Below are positions 34,021 through 43,331 of a stretch of 64,000 bases of DNA, piece by piece. Below the pieces are notes generated by a model. It was not told where the DNA came from and made no database searches. It was given only the letters and a program-made list of their open reading frames with translations. The position numbers and the translations under genes were made by a program. This stretch comes from Candidatus Australimonas brisbanensis. Its GTDB lineage: Bacteria; Chloroflexota; Dehalococcoidia; Lucifugimonadales; Australimonadaceae. Each line of letters begins with the position of its first letter. The stretch's first letter is position 1. Location of the stretch: NCBI GenBank assembly GCA_038147155.1, contig JAYQTA010000005.1, forward strand, positions 26,745 to 90,744, read 5' to 3'.

Positions 34021-35238
34021 CTAGTCGCGGCGCTCGTCCTTGGCCACCCGCACTTCGACCACGCGTCCGTCGGCGGTGTCCACCGTCACCACCACCGTCC
34101 CGCCGATCTCCAGGTCGCGCAGCGTGGCCGGCTCATCACCCCGGACGAACGCGGGGCCACGGCGGGTGAGCACCACCACGTGCACCGCGCCATCGCCATC
34201 GCGCAGGGCGAGGGCAACGCCAGGCTCCGTGCCCGGGGGCAGCACCTTCACATCCACCACGCTGGCCTTCACCCGCTCCAGCCGGGTCTGCACATCAGGG
34301 GCCGGGGTGGGGGTGGGCGTCGGCGTGGGGCGCACCTGCGCCGGGGCGTCCTTCGCGTCCGTGCGCTTCTGCTCCTCCTGGGTGCGCACCTGGTCGGCGC
34401 GCTCCAGCACCCGCAGCAGGTCATCCTGCTCCCTGGCCAGCGCCTCGCGCAGGTTCTGCACGTTCACCTTGGAGCCGGAGTGGTCCAGCTTCTCGCGCAG
34501 GGCGTCCAGGCGCGCGCTCACCTGCTCCAGGCGGTCGTCCACCTCCACCACCTTGCGCACCGAGACCTCGGAGGCGACGAGGCGGGCGTTCGGCACGGGC
34601 GTGGCCAGGGCCACCGAGGCGGCCGTGTCCACCGCCGTCTCCACACGGCCCACGGTGATGGTCTTCATCCGAGTGGAGTGCTTGGCGATCTGCGCCGTGA
34701 GCTCCGGCACGAACTGCTCGCGCCCCGCAGCGGTTACCCGCTCCAGCTCCTCCATGCGCCGCTCCACCAGGTCCTCGCGCAATTCCGTTTCGCGCTCCTC
34801 ACCGAAGGCGAAGGCCAGTTGCACCCGCTCGGCGGAGCGCTTGACGGGGTAGAGCGCCTCGCCCGGCGCGCTAGACTGGGCCGCCAGCACCGTTCCGGTG
34901 CCCGAACCGGCCAGAGCCAGCACCGCAACCAGCGTCAGCGCGGCAGCCCGCGGGCCCGCGACGGCCAGCGGCCGGGGCAGGCGCACGCGCCACCAGGGAC
35001 GGCGCGCGGCGCGCGCGTCCAGCGCGGCGTGGAAGCGCAGGCGCGCGGCACGCTTGCGGTCCGGGTCCGGCGTGAACGCAGACGCCTCCCGCACGCTCAC
35101 CATCCCACCCAGGGCCTCGGCCAGCTCGGCGGCGTGCTCGGGGTGGGAGGCACAGACGGCCTCCACGCTCTCGCCGTTGAGCACGCGAGCGATGGCCTCG
35201 TCCAGCACCACGGCGAAGGACTGCGACTCGCTCGTCAT
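34021..35238 (-). CDS. putative anti-sigma factor (single TM, DUF5667-like coiled-coil exterior)
   Basis: The ATG overlaps the sigma-factor stop. Cytoplasmic N-domain, then a TM helix (ALTLVAVLALAGSG), then a long Glu/Arg-rich extracytoplasmic region and a TPTPTPTP linker. Confidence 0.6.
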   Translation of the reverse strand: MTSESQSFAVVLDEAIARVLNGESVEAVCASHPEHAAELAEALGGMVSVREASAFTPDPDRKRAARLRFHAALDARAARRPWWRVRLPRPLAVAGPRAAALTLVAVLALAGSGTGTVLAAQSSAPGEALYPVKRSAERVQLAFAFGEERETELREDLVERRMEELERVTAAGREQFVPELTAQIAKHSTRMKTITVGRVETAVDTAASVALATPVPNARLVASEVSVRKVVEVDDRLEQVSARLDALREKLDHSGSKVNVQNLREALAREQDDLLRVLERADQVRTQEEQKRTDAKDAPAQVRPTPTPTPTPAPDVQTRLERVKASVVDVKVLPPGTEPGVALALRDGDGAVHVVVLTRRGPAFVRGDEPATLRDLEIGGTVVVTVDTADGRVVEVRVAKDERRD

Positions 35239-35834
35239 CAGCGCACCTCCTCCGTGTCCTTCCTCGCGCCCATGTGGGCCCGCAGCGCCGTCATCGCCGT
35301 GCGCTGCAGCTCCCGTATCGCTCCCGACGTGCGGCCCATGATGGCCCCCGCCTCCTCGGCGGACAGCTCGCCCAGGAACCGCAGGGTGATGACCTCCTGC
35401 TGGGCCGGGTTCAACAGCGCCATGGAGGCGCGCACCTGCTCCATGGCCAGCGCGTGCTCCGTCTCGGCCGCAGGGTCATCGGCGCCAGCGACGGCGTAGG
35501 CCTCCTCCAGCGGCTCGTGGCGGCGCTTAGCGGAGCGGCGGTAGTGGTCGATCACCAGGTTGTGGGCGATGCGAAAGAGCCAGGCGCCGATGGGGACGCC
35601 CTGGTCGCGGAAGGAGTCGATGGACTCCACGGCCCGCGCGAACACCTCACCCGCCAGGTCCTCAGCCACATCACGGTTGCCCGTGCGCGCATAGGCGTAG
35701 CGGGCGATGCGGTCGTAGTACTCGTCGTAGGAGGCGGCTAGAGCGTCTGCCGTCGCCTGGGCGGCCTCGCGGCCGGAAGAGCCCAAGGAACGCTCCTGCA
35801 AGGAGGCTTTCGCGCTCAAGTATAGCACCGTCAT
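35238..35834 (-). CDS. ECF-type RNA polymerase sigma-70 family factor
   Basis: Region 2 (DVAEDLAGEVFARAVESIDSF...WLFRIAHNLVIDHYRR) and region 4 (LNPAQQEVITLRFLGELSAEEAGAIMGRTSGAIRELQ). An alternative start is TTG 35786, preceded by GGAG and a TGcTATACT box. Confidence 0.8.
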   Translation of the reverse strand: MTVLYLSAKASLQERSLGSSGREAAQATADALAASYDEYYDRIARYAYARTGNRDVAEDLAGEVFARAVESIDSFRDQGVPIGAWLFRIAHNLVIDHYRRSAKRRHEPLEEAYAVAGADDPAAETEHALAMEQVRASMALLNPAQQEVITLRFLGELSAEEAGAIMGRTSGAIRELQRTAMTALRAHMGARKDTEEVR

Positions 35835-36159
35835 CGCTTTCCCCCGCCTCTGCTCGCTCCCGCCACGCCCCGCGCCGGAGCGAGGGACCGGCGCCCCGCG
35901 GGCGGCCACCCTGCCACCCTGCCTCTGCACCCCACGCCGCGGGACGACCCGGTCAGTGAGGGGAACGCACCAGGGGCGGGCGGTGTCAGGGCTGGTTGCG
36001 CGGAACGGGGGATGTTCCGCGCGGGTGACGCCTGTGCGAGCGGGCGGCGTGTTGCTATACTGGCGCCACTTTTCGGGCGCGCTGTGCACGCACACGCCCC
36101 ACGCCATCGAGGCGCGGGTCGTCATGGCGTAAGGCCAGCGCCCCACCCCCGGGGGCCGC

Positions 36160-37338
36160 ATGCCGAACACCGCCGCGTTCACCCCGCCGCTGCGCCTGCT
36201 CATGGGCGCAGGGCCGTCCAACGTCCATCCCAACGTGCTCCAGGCCATGACCTCCAACCTGCTGGGCCACCTGGATTCGGCATTCCTGGGGGCGATGGAC
36301 GACGTGCGCGCCATGCTGCGCTCGGCCTTCATGACCGAGAACATGGTCACCCTCCCCATCTCCGGCACGGGCACCGCGGGGATGGAGGCGGCACTGGTGA
36401 ACATCCTGGAGCCGGGCGATGTGTTCATCGTCGGCACCAACGGCTACTTCGGCGAGCGCCTCCTGGACATCGCCGCGCGCGCCGGTGCGCAGACGGTGGC
36501 GGTGCCCCACCCCCTTGGCCAGCCCGTCAGCGCCGAGGCCATCCGCGCCGAACTGGCCAAGCACCCCAAGGTGAAGGCCGTCGCCGTGGTGCACGCGGAG
36601 ACCTCCACGGGCGTGGTGACGCCGATCCAGGAGATCGCCCGCGTGGTGCACGATGCCGGCGCACTGCTGGTGGTGGACGCGGTGACCAGCCTGGGCGGCG
36701 TCGAGCTGCGCGTGGACGAGTGGGGCATCGACGTGTGCTACTCCGGCACGCAGAAGTGCCTGGGGTCCCCTCCGGGCCTCGCCCCTATCACCTTCGGCCC
36801 CCGGGCCATCGAGGTGATGGACAACCGCAAGCGCAAGGTGCAGTCCTTCTACCTGGACGTGACCCAACTCTCCAAGTACTGGCAAGAGCGCGCCTACCAC
36901 CACACGGCCCCCATCTCCCAGATCTACGCCCTGCGCGAGGCGCTGCGGCTGCTGATGGAGGAGGGTCTGGAGGCCCGCTGGGCCCGCCACGCGGCCAGCG
37001 CGGCAGCCCTCCAGGCCGGTGTGGAGGCCATGGGCCTGGGCATCGTGGCCGCCAAGGGCTACCGGGTGCCGAGCCTCACCGCCATCACCGCCCCTGAGGG
37101 CATCAACGAGGCGGACGTGCGCCGCCTCCTGCTCAAGCAGTTCAACATCGAGGTCTCCGGCGGCCTCTCCACCCTGGCGGGCAAGGTCTGGCGCGTGGGC
37201 CTCATGGGCCACAACTCCACCATGGCCAACGTCCTCACCTTCCTCTCGGCCCTGGAGACGGCGCTGGCCGCCCACGGCTACGAGATGCCCGCGGGCGCAG
37301 GTGTGGCCGCGGCCCAGAAGGCGAGCCGCGGGCTCTAG
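36160..37338 (+). CDS. class-V aminotransferase (alanine-glyoxylate / serine-pyruvate aminotransferase-like)
   Basis: LLMGAGPSNVHPNVLQAM N-terminus and SGTQKCLGSPPGLAP PLP-lysine motif. Confidence 0.85.
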   Translation: MPNTAAFTPPLRLLMGAGPSNVHPNVLQAMTSNLLGHLDSAFLGAMDDVRAMLRSAFMTENMVTLPISGTGTAGMEAALVNILEPGDVFIVGTNGYFGERLLDIAARAGAQTVAVPHPLGQPVSAEAIRAELAKHPKVKAVAVVHAETSTGVVTPIQEIARVVHDAGALLVVDAVTSLGGVELRVDEWGIDVCYSGTQKCLGSPPGLAPITFGPRAIEVMDNRKRKVQSFYLDVTQLSKYWQERAYHHTAPISQIYALREALRLLMEEGLEARWARHAASAAALQAGVEAMGLGIVAAKGYRVPSLTAITAPEGINEADVRRLLLKQFNIEVSGGLSTLAGKVWRVGLMGHNSTMANVLTFLSALETALAAHGYEMPAGAGVAAAQKASRGL

Positions 37339-37362
37339 CCCCACGCAGGTTTCCACCTATGA

Positions 37363-37392
37363 GAAGGGCCCGCCTGGATAGGCGGGCCCTTC
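37363..37392. terminator. bidirectional GC-rich hairpin between convergent genes
   Basis: GAAGGGCCCGCC-TGGATA-GGCGGGCCCTTC. Confidence 0.6.
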
Positions 37393-37416
37393 ATCTTTCC
37401 CTCAGCGTGTGCGGTG

Positions 37417-38214
37417 CTAGGCCCCTGGCGCCTGCGGCTTCTCGGCCAGGATCACCTGCATGGGCCAGTAGAAGGTGATGACGCCGGCATCGCTCACCTG
37501 GATGCCGAACGCCTCACGCACCGCATCACCGGCCATGAGGAACACGTTGCGCAGGCGGGCCGCGGACTCGGCCTCCATGCCCGCGCGCTCCACCCAGTCC
37601 TCGTACTCCAGGTCCACGCGCGCGTCGGCCATCTCCACCACCCGCAGCCCCGCCTCGGCGCACAGGTGCGCCCACTGGCTCGCGGAGTGGTTGCGCCCGT
37701 GGGAGGGGTCGCGCCAGCTCTCCACGCGGTGCATCCACTCAGCCACCGCCTCATCGTCCGGGGAAACCGTGTCCACCAGCGCCAGCAGACCGCCAGCCCG
37801 CAGCACCCGTGCCGATTCCGCGAGCCACGCCCGCACGTCGGTGAAGTGATGGGCCGCCGTGCGTGAGGCGACCAGGTCAACCGTCTCCGCCTCGAAGGGG
37901 AGCGACTCCGCGGCGCACTGAACCGTGGCCACGTTGCCCAGCCCGCGCTCGTTCCGCAACCGCTGCACCTGCTCCAGCATCTGGGGGGTGATGTCCGCCG
38001 CGAACACCTTGTCCGCCAGGGGCGCCAGGTCGAAGGCCGAGTGGCCCGCGCCCGTGCCCACGTCCACCGCCACCGCGAACCGGCGGCCCAGGGGAGCGAG
38101 CACGCTGGAGATCTGCACCAGGCCGGAGGGGATGGCGTGCGTGGTGGAGGTGGCGTAGTTGGCCGCCACCCGACCGTACTGCTCCTGCACGCTGCGCTGA
38201 CGCTGCTCACTCAT
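37417..38214 (-). CDS. class I SAM-dependent methyltransferase
   Basis: Motif I VAVDVGTGAGHSA and post-I/II pattern (Methyltransf_11-like). Confidence 0.8.
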   Translation of the reverse strand: MSEQRQRSVQEQYGRVAANYATSTTHAIPSGLVQISSVLAPLGRRFAVAVDVGTGAGHSAFDLAPLADKVFAADITPQMLEQVQRLRNERGLGNVATVQCAAESLPFEAETVDLVASRTAAHHFTDVRAWLAESARVLRAGGLLALVDTVSPDDEAVAEWMHRVESWRDPSHGRNHSASQWAHLCAEAGLRVVEMADARVDLEYEDWVERAGMEAESAARLRNVFLMAGDAVREAFGIQVSDAGVITFYWPMQVILAEKPQAPGA

Positions 38215-38374
38215 GGCTCACGCTCCTGCGGGTCTATCCGCATTCTAGCCGCCATCACCCTGGCCCGGCCAACCCGACTCCCCTCGGTTCCCCAACCGTC
38301 ACCGGAACCTGCAGAAAACTGCCCTTCCGGCGCGTGAGCCCTGCTTGCATTCACGGGGAACAGAGGCTAATGTT

Positions 38375-38420
38375 TGGGGAAATCTGGTGGATATACCACC
38401 TGATTTGGGGAGTTTTGGGG
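38375..38420 (+). promoter_or_regulatory. TGGGG/TGGTG direct repeats with 10-bp phasing plus GGTGGATATACCACC palindrome upstream of mraZ (candidate MraZ operator/promoter)
   Basis: TGGGG at 38375, TGGTG at 38385, TGGGG at 38406 and 38416. Palindrome at 38386-38400. The last repeat may simply be the mraZ Shine-Dalgarno. Confidence 0.35.
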
Positions 38421-38431
38421 GAACTTTCCAG

Positions 38432-38854
38432 ATGCAACTTCACGGGGAATACACGCATCGTCTCGATGCCCAGGGCCGGGTTGCCATACCCGCCCGCTAC
38501 CGTGACGCCTTCCGGGGCGGCATCTTCCTCACGCGCGGTTTCGACCCGTGCGTGTGGGCCTTCACCCCCGCGGAGTGGGAGGCCTATTCGGCCAAGTACG
38601 CCGCCACCTCGCCCAACTCCCGCCTGAACCGCGCGCTGCGCCGTCGGGTGTTCGGCTCCACCTTCGAGCTGGAGCTGGACCGGCAGGGCCGTGTGGTGGT
38701 CCCCGCCCCGCTGCGCTCGCACGGCGCGCTGTCCGATGAGCTGGTGATCGTGGGCGCGGGCACGTACCTGGAGGTGTGGGACCGGGGGCGCTGGGAGGCG
38801 CAGGCCGCCGAACTGGACGCCCTGGACCTGGATCTGCCGGAGGAGGGCGCATGA
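38432..38854 (+). CDS. mraZ: transcriptional regulator MraZ
   Basis: Two SpoVT/AbrB-like repeats (LDAQGRVAIPARYR and LDRQGRVVVPAPLR). Positioned directly before rsmH. Confidence 0.85.
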   Translation: MQLHGEYTHRLDAQGRVAIPARYRDAFRGGIFLTRGFDPCVWAFTPAEWEAYSAKYAATSPNSRLNRALRRRVFGSTFELELDRQGRVVVPAPLRSHGALSDELVIVGAGTYLEVWDRGRWEAQAAELDALDLDLPEEGA

Positions 38855-39723
38855 GCACCGCGCCTCAGCGCTACCACGAGCCGGTGATGATGGCCGAGGT
38901 GCTGGAGGGGCTGGCCGTGCGCCCCGGCGGGGTCTACATCGACTGCACCCTGGGCGATGCGGGGCACGCGGAGGCGATATTGGCCGCCGCGGCCCCTGGC
39001 GGGCGATTGCTCGGGTTCGACGCCGACCCGGAGGCCGCCGCTGCGGCGCGCGAGCGACTGGGCGGGCACCCCGGTGCGGTGGTGGTGAACGCCAACTTCG
39101 CGACCCTGGAGGAGCACGCCCAAGCGCACGGGTTCATCCCCGCCGATGGGCTGCTGCTGGACCTGGGGCTCTCCTCCCGCCAGTTGGACGCCGAGGACCG
39201 AGGGTTCTCCTTCCGGCGCCCCGGCGCGCTGGACATGCGGTTCGACCCGTCCTCCGGCGAGAACGCGGCTGACCTGGTGAACCACCTGGACGAGCGCGAA
39301 CTGGCCGACGTGATCTACACGCTGGGCGAGGAGCCGCGCTCGTGGCGCATCGCCCGCGCCATCGTGGCCGCCCGCCCCTTCACCGACGCCGAGCGTCTGG
39401 CGGAGGTGGTGGCACGCGCCTCCGGATACCCGCGTGGGCGCACCCACCCGGCGACGCGCACCTTCCAGGCGCTGCGCATGGCGGTGAACGACGAACTGGG
39501 TAGCCTGCGCGCGGTGCTGGAGCAGGCCGTGCGGGTGCTGCGCTCCGGCGCGCGGTTGGTGGCCATCGCCTACCACTCGCTGGAGGACCGCGAACTCAAG
39601 CGGTTCATCGCGAGCGGCGCCCTGCGTGCAGTGACCAAGAAGGTGCTGCGTCCCTCGGTCGACGAGGTGGCGCGCAACCGGCGCTCGCGCAGTGCGCGGG
39701 TGCGGGTGGCGGAGTGCCTCTAG
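38851..39723 (+). CDS. rsmH: 16S rRNA (cytosine1402-N4)-methyltransferase RsmH
   Basis: YHEPVMMAEVLEGL, DCTLGDAGHA, DLGLSSRQLD and SYHSLEDR-type motifs (here AYHSLEDR). The ATG overlaps the mraZ TGA. Confidence 0.9.
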   Translation: MSTAPQRYHEPVMMAEVLEGLAVRPGGVYIDCTLGDAGHAEAILAAAAPGGRLLGFDADPEAAAAARERLGGHPGAVVVNANFATLEEHAQAHGFIPADGLLLDLGLSSRQLDAEDRGFSFRRPGALDMRFDPSSGENAADLVNHLDERELADVIYTLGEEPRSWRIARAIVAARPFTDAERLAEVVARASGYPRGRTHPATRTFQALRMAVNDELGSLRAVLEQAVRVLRSGARLVAIAYHSLEDRELKRFIASGALRAVTKKVLRPSVDEVARNRRSRSARVRVAECL

Positions 39724-39753
39724 GCGGGAGCCTGGGGCGGAAGGAGCGAGCAC

Positions 39754-41037
39754 ATGTCCCGGAGTCGTGAGTCTCTGTACGCAGCCATGGACGTGGGCAC
39801 CACCAAGGTGGCGACCCTGATTGCCCGTGTCTCGTCCCAGGGGGCAATGGAGGTGGTGGCCGCGGGCCACGCCCCCTCCGAGGGGATGCGCAAGGGCCAG
39901 GTGGTGAGCCCCTCAGACCTGGTGGGGCCGATCCGCGCCAGCGCCGCCGAGGCCGAGGCCATGCTGGGTCGTCGACTTCCTCCGGTGCTGGTGGGCATCA
40001 CCGGTTCGCACCTGCACTGCATCAACGCTGGCTCGGCTGAGCCCGCGGCACGCAGGCGCGCCCACGCCTTCTCCCAGAGCGACGTGGACCGGCTGCTGAA
40101 CACCACCGCCGCCTCCGGAGCGGGCCGGGGGGAGCGGGTGGTGCAGGTGGTGCCGCGTTCCTTCGGGGTGGACGCCCTCGCCGGCGTGCAGGACCCGGTG
40201 GGCATGAGCGGTGAGCGCCTGAGCGCCGAGGCCCACGTGGTCTACGGCAACGCGGCGTCCATGGAGACGCTGGAGCGCGTGCTGCGCAACGCCGACGTGC
40301 CGGTGCGCGGCATGGTGTTGGAGCACCTGGCCAGCGCCGAGGCGGTCCTCACCAACGACGAGCGACAGGCGGGCGTGGTGCTGGTGGACATCGGTGGTGG
40401 CACCTCGGACATCGCCATCTACCTGGACGGATCCCTCGCGCACACGGCCTCGGTGCCGGTGGCCGGGCAGCACTTCACCTCCGACCTGGCGGTGGGCATG
40501 GGCATGACGCCCTCCATCGCTGAGGCGGTGAAGCTGGAACACGGGAGCGTGAGCCTGGAGGGGGTGGACGCACGTTCGTCCATCGCGGTGCCCACGGGCA
40601 TCGGCGATCAGACCCGCCTGGTCTCCACCCTCACCCTGCGCCACCTGCTGCACGACCGAGCGAACGAACTGATGAAGCTGACGCTGGCGCGGGTGGCCGA
40701 ATCGGGCCTGCGTCGCATGCCGCCGGGGGGCATCGTGCTCACCGGCGGGTGCGCCAACCTGCCGGGGCTGGTGGAACTGGCCGCCGGGTACGGGCGCACC
40801 CACGCCCGCCTGGGCGCCCCCGCCGGTTCGCTGGGCCTGCCCGCCGAGCTGCGCGATAGCGCCTTCGCCACGGCCGTGGGCCTGCTGGTGTGGGGCGTGC
40901 AGCACCGTCACGCCGGGGCCTACATGGCCGAGCAGCCGGTCCGCATCTCCCTGGCCTCGCGCCTGCGCGGGTGGCTGGGCCGCTGGGGGAACCCCCTGCA
41001 CCAACCGGGGCAACGGCCCACGGGAGCGCGCGTATGA
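39754..41037 (+). CDS. ftsA: cell division protein FtsA
   Basis: Actin-fold motifs AMDVGTTKV, VLVDIGGGTSDIA and GIVLTGGCANLPGL. Sits immediately upstream of ftsZ. Confidence 0.85.
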   Translation: MSRSRESLYAAMDVGTTKVATLIARVSSQGAMEVVAAGHAPSEGMRKGQVVSPSDLVGPIRASAAEAEAMLGRRLPPVLVGITGSHLHCINAGSAEPAARRRAHAFSQSDVDRLLNTTAASGAGRGERVVQVVPRSFGVDALAGVQDPVGMSGERLSAEAHVVYGNAASMETLERVLRNADVPVRGMVLEHLASAEAVLTNDERQAGVVLVDIGGGTSDIAIYLDGSLAHTASVPVAGQHFTSDLAVGMGMTPSIAEAVKLEHGSVSLEGVDARSSIAVPTGIGDQTRLVSTLTLRHLLHDRANELMKLTLARVAESGLRRMPPGGIVLTGGCANLPGLVELAAGYGRTHARLGAPAGSLGLPAELRDSAFATAVGLLVWGVQHRHAGAYMAEQPVRISLASRLRGWLGRWGNPLHQPGQRPTGARV

Positions 41038-41239
41038 GCAACCACGCACGCACCGCCCGCCTGCCCCGCGCCCATCCGGGCTGCAAGCGCAGCCCACCGC
41101 ACGGAGGTGAGAGCCATACCTGACGCACCTCCAGCGGACGTGGAGCGGGGACGCCATGCCCTGCTCCTGAGACAGAGCGGATAGCGGTCGGTCCAACAGA
41201 GCAACCAACCAAGCGAGAGTTCCAGAGAGGGGTACAACG

Positions 41240-42322
41240 ATGGACATGTTCGGAGCGAACCAGACGCCTCAGATCGACGGTATGGCCCAGGTGAAGGTGA
41301 TCGGCGTGGGCGGCGGCGGGTGCAACGCGGTCAACCGCATGTACCGCGAGCGCGTCCCCGGCGTGGAGTACATGGCGGTGAACACCGACGCCCAGCACCT
41401 GCTGCGCCTCGATGTCCCCGTCAAGGTGCGCATCGGTGACAAGCTCACCCGCGGCCTCGGCGTGGGCGGCGACCCGGAGATCGGGCGCGCCGCCGCCGAG
41501 GAGTCCCGCGAGGAGATCTACGAAGCGGTGCGCGGCGCGGACATGGTGTTCATCGCCGGCGGCATGGGCGGCGGCACCGGCACCGGCGCCGCTGCCGTGG
41601 TCGCCGAGGTGGCCAAGGAGACCGGGGCGCTGACCATCGCGGTGGTCACCAAGCCCTTCGGTTTCGAGGGGCGCCGCCGGTCCAAGAACGCCGAGAACGG
41701 CCTCGCCCGTCTGAAGGAGAACGTGGACACCCTGATCGTGATCCCCAACGACCGGCTCGCCGCCATATGCGACGAGAAGGTCACGGCGGAGAACGCCTTC
41801 AAGATCGCCGACGACGTGCTGCGCCAGGGCGTGCAGTCCATCGCCGAGCTGGTCACCGTCCCCGGTGAGATCAACCTAGACTTCGCCGACGTGAAGACCA
41901 TCATGTCCGGCGCCGGCCCCGCATGGATGTCCATCGGCACCGCCTCTGGCGAGCACCGCGCCGCGGAGGCAGCCAAGGCCGCCATCAATTCCCCCATGCT
42001 CGACGTCAGCATCGAGGGTGCGCGTGGCGTGCTGTTCAACATCACCGGCGGCACCGACCTCACCCTGCACGAGGTCCAGGAGGCGGCCGATGTCATCGCC
42101 CACGTGGTGGACTCGGAGGCCAACATCATCTTCGGCATGGTCACCGACATGAAGATGGAGGGTGAGGTGCGCGTGACCATCATCGCCACCGGCCTGCCCA
42201 CCGTTGACCCCCACACCCTGCGGGACGACTCCATCTCCGAGTTCCTGCGCGAGGCGTTGGGCGAGGAGAGCGAGCTGGACCTGCCGCCCTTCCTGCGGGC
42301 ATCGCGGCGCGCCGCGAACTAG
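41240..42322 (+). CDS. ftsZ: cell division GTPase FtsZ
   Basis: [17 protein letters not shown], the tubulin signature [17 protein letters not shown], and the NDRL and DFADV motifs. Confidence 0.95.
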   Translation: MDMFGANQTPQIDGMAQVKVIGVGGGGCNAVNRMYRERVPGVEYMAVNTDAQHLLRLDVPVKVRIGDKLTRGLGVGGDPEIGRAAAEESREEIYEAVRGADMVFIAGGMGGGTGTGAAAVVAEVAKETGALTIAVVTKPFGFEGRRRSKNAENGLARLKENVDTLIVIPNDRLAAICDEKVTAENAFKIADDVLRQGVQSIAELVTVPGEINLDFADVKTIMSGAGPAWMSIGTASGEHRAAEAAKAAINSPMLDVSIEGARGVLFNITGGTDLTLHEVQEAADVIAHVVDSEANIIFGMVTDMKMEGEVRVTIIATGLPTVDPHTLRDDSISEFLREALGEESELDLPPFLRASRRAAN

Positions 42323-42576
42323 CCCTCAACGCGAAGAAGAAGGCCCGGCCCTCCCCCCAGAGGCCGGGCCCATCGCGGGCCGGCGACTCCCCACGCCTTC
42401 CCGCAACGCTCCTCCGGTCACTCCCGCCGCGCCATAGGGAGCTGACCACCGGGCCCCGGATGGTTCCCCCCACCGGGGCCTTTCTTCGTCCATCGAACAG
42501 CGCATTCGCCCCATACGTTGTGGTGCTGCTTCCTGCTTGTACGTGCTGCCTAGTACGAATGGCGGTGTTGCACCCC

Positions 42577-42605
42577 TTGACGCGCCGTGGCCGGTGGGTA
42601 AGAAT
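42577..42605 (+). promoter_or_regulatory. putative promoter TTGACG-N17-AAGAAT upstream of nrdR
   Basis: TTGACG at 42577-42582 and (T)AAGAAT at 42599-42605, about 135 nt before the nrdR ATG. Confidence 0.35.
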
Positions 42606-42740
42606 GCCCCCGATCGGCCCGCCGTTGCACAGCATCTGGTAGCCGAGGCACGTTAACATCGGCTATATTGGCGTTAAGCCGTGGAAATGCACGGCATTGC
42701 CGGAACCCGCGCACGACGGGTGTTCCGGCGGAGGCCACCG

Positions 42741-43331
42741 ATGCGCTGTCCCCATTGCGGGGAGCCGGAGACGCGGGTCACGGACTCGCGGGATACGGGC
42801 GAGGAGATCCGCCGCAGGCGCGAGTGCGTCCAGTGCGGAGTGCGTTTCACCACCTACGAACGGGTGCAGCGCGCGGCGCTCACGGTGGTCAAGTCCGATG
42901 GACGACGTGAAGAGTTCAACCGGGGCAAGCTGCTGCGCAGCATCCGGGTGGCCTGCGTCAAACGCCCCCTGCCCACCGGCTCGCTGGAGAAGGTGGTGGA
43001 CGATATCGAGGCGGACCTGCAGCGGCTGGGACGCGCCGAGGTGCCCGCCACCGTCATCGGCGACACGACCCTGGCCCGCCTGCGCGGGCTGGATCCGGTC
43101 TCCTACGTGCGCTACGCCAGCGTGTACCGGGACTTCGACTCACTGGATGGGTTCATCCGTGAGGTCGCCCAGTACAAGACCGAGGAGGAAGAGGGGCCCA
43201 GTGGGGACCAGCAACTCGAGTTGATCCCCAACGAGTACACCATCCCTCCCAAGCCCAAGGCCCGTCGGGGCCGCAGACCTTCCATCTCCGCCCCGGCCGA
43301 CCGGCACCGGCGCGCCCCCTCAGCGAGCTGA
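42741..43331 (+). CDS. nrdR: transcriptional repressor NrdR (with about 40-aa C-terminal extension)
   Basis: MRCPHCGEPETRVTDSRD...CVQCGVRFTTYERV zinc ribbon plus an ATP-cone. Start at ATG 42741 with GGAGG. The acidic-then-basic tail is not typical of NrdR. Confidence 0.9.
   Translation: MRCPHCGEPETRVTDSRDTGEEIRRRRECVQCGVRFTTYERVQRAALTVVKSDGRREEFNRGKLLRSIRVACVKRPLPTGSLEKVVDDIEADLQRLGRAEVPATVIGDTTLARLRGLDPVSYVRYASVYRDFDSLDGFIREVAQYKTEEEEGPSGDQQLELIPNEYTIPPKPKARRGRRPSISAPADRHRRAPSAS

Noticed and set aside
36062-36159. Riboswitch or uORF (ATG GCG TAA at 36124-36132) upstream of the class-V aminotransferase
   Set aside because: A two-codon mini-ORF with no associated terminator or conserved structure is most likely chance.
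38416-38420. Fourth TGGGG repeat as an MraZ box
   Set aside because: It lies 12 nt before the mraZ ATG and is equally well explained as the Shine-Dalgarno (GGGGGA). It is kept only as a low-confidence part of the regulatory feature.
42460-42642. 60-aa ORF in the ftsZ-nrdR gap
   Set aside because: It has no SD and an odd composition, and it spans the predicted promoter. It is treated as non-coding and only mentioned within the intergenic-region finding.
42640-42685. Possible NrdR box (GGCTATATTGGC) or second promoter upstream of nrdR
   Set aside because: The sequence is not a convincing palindrome and matches the NrdR-box consensus poorly. The TATATT box lacks a reasonable -35 partner.
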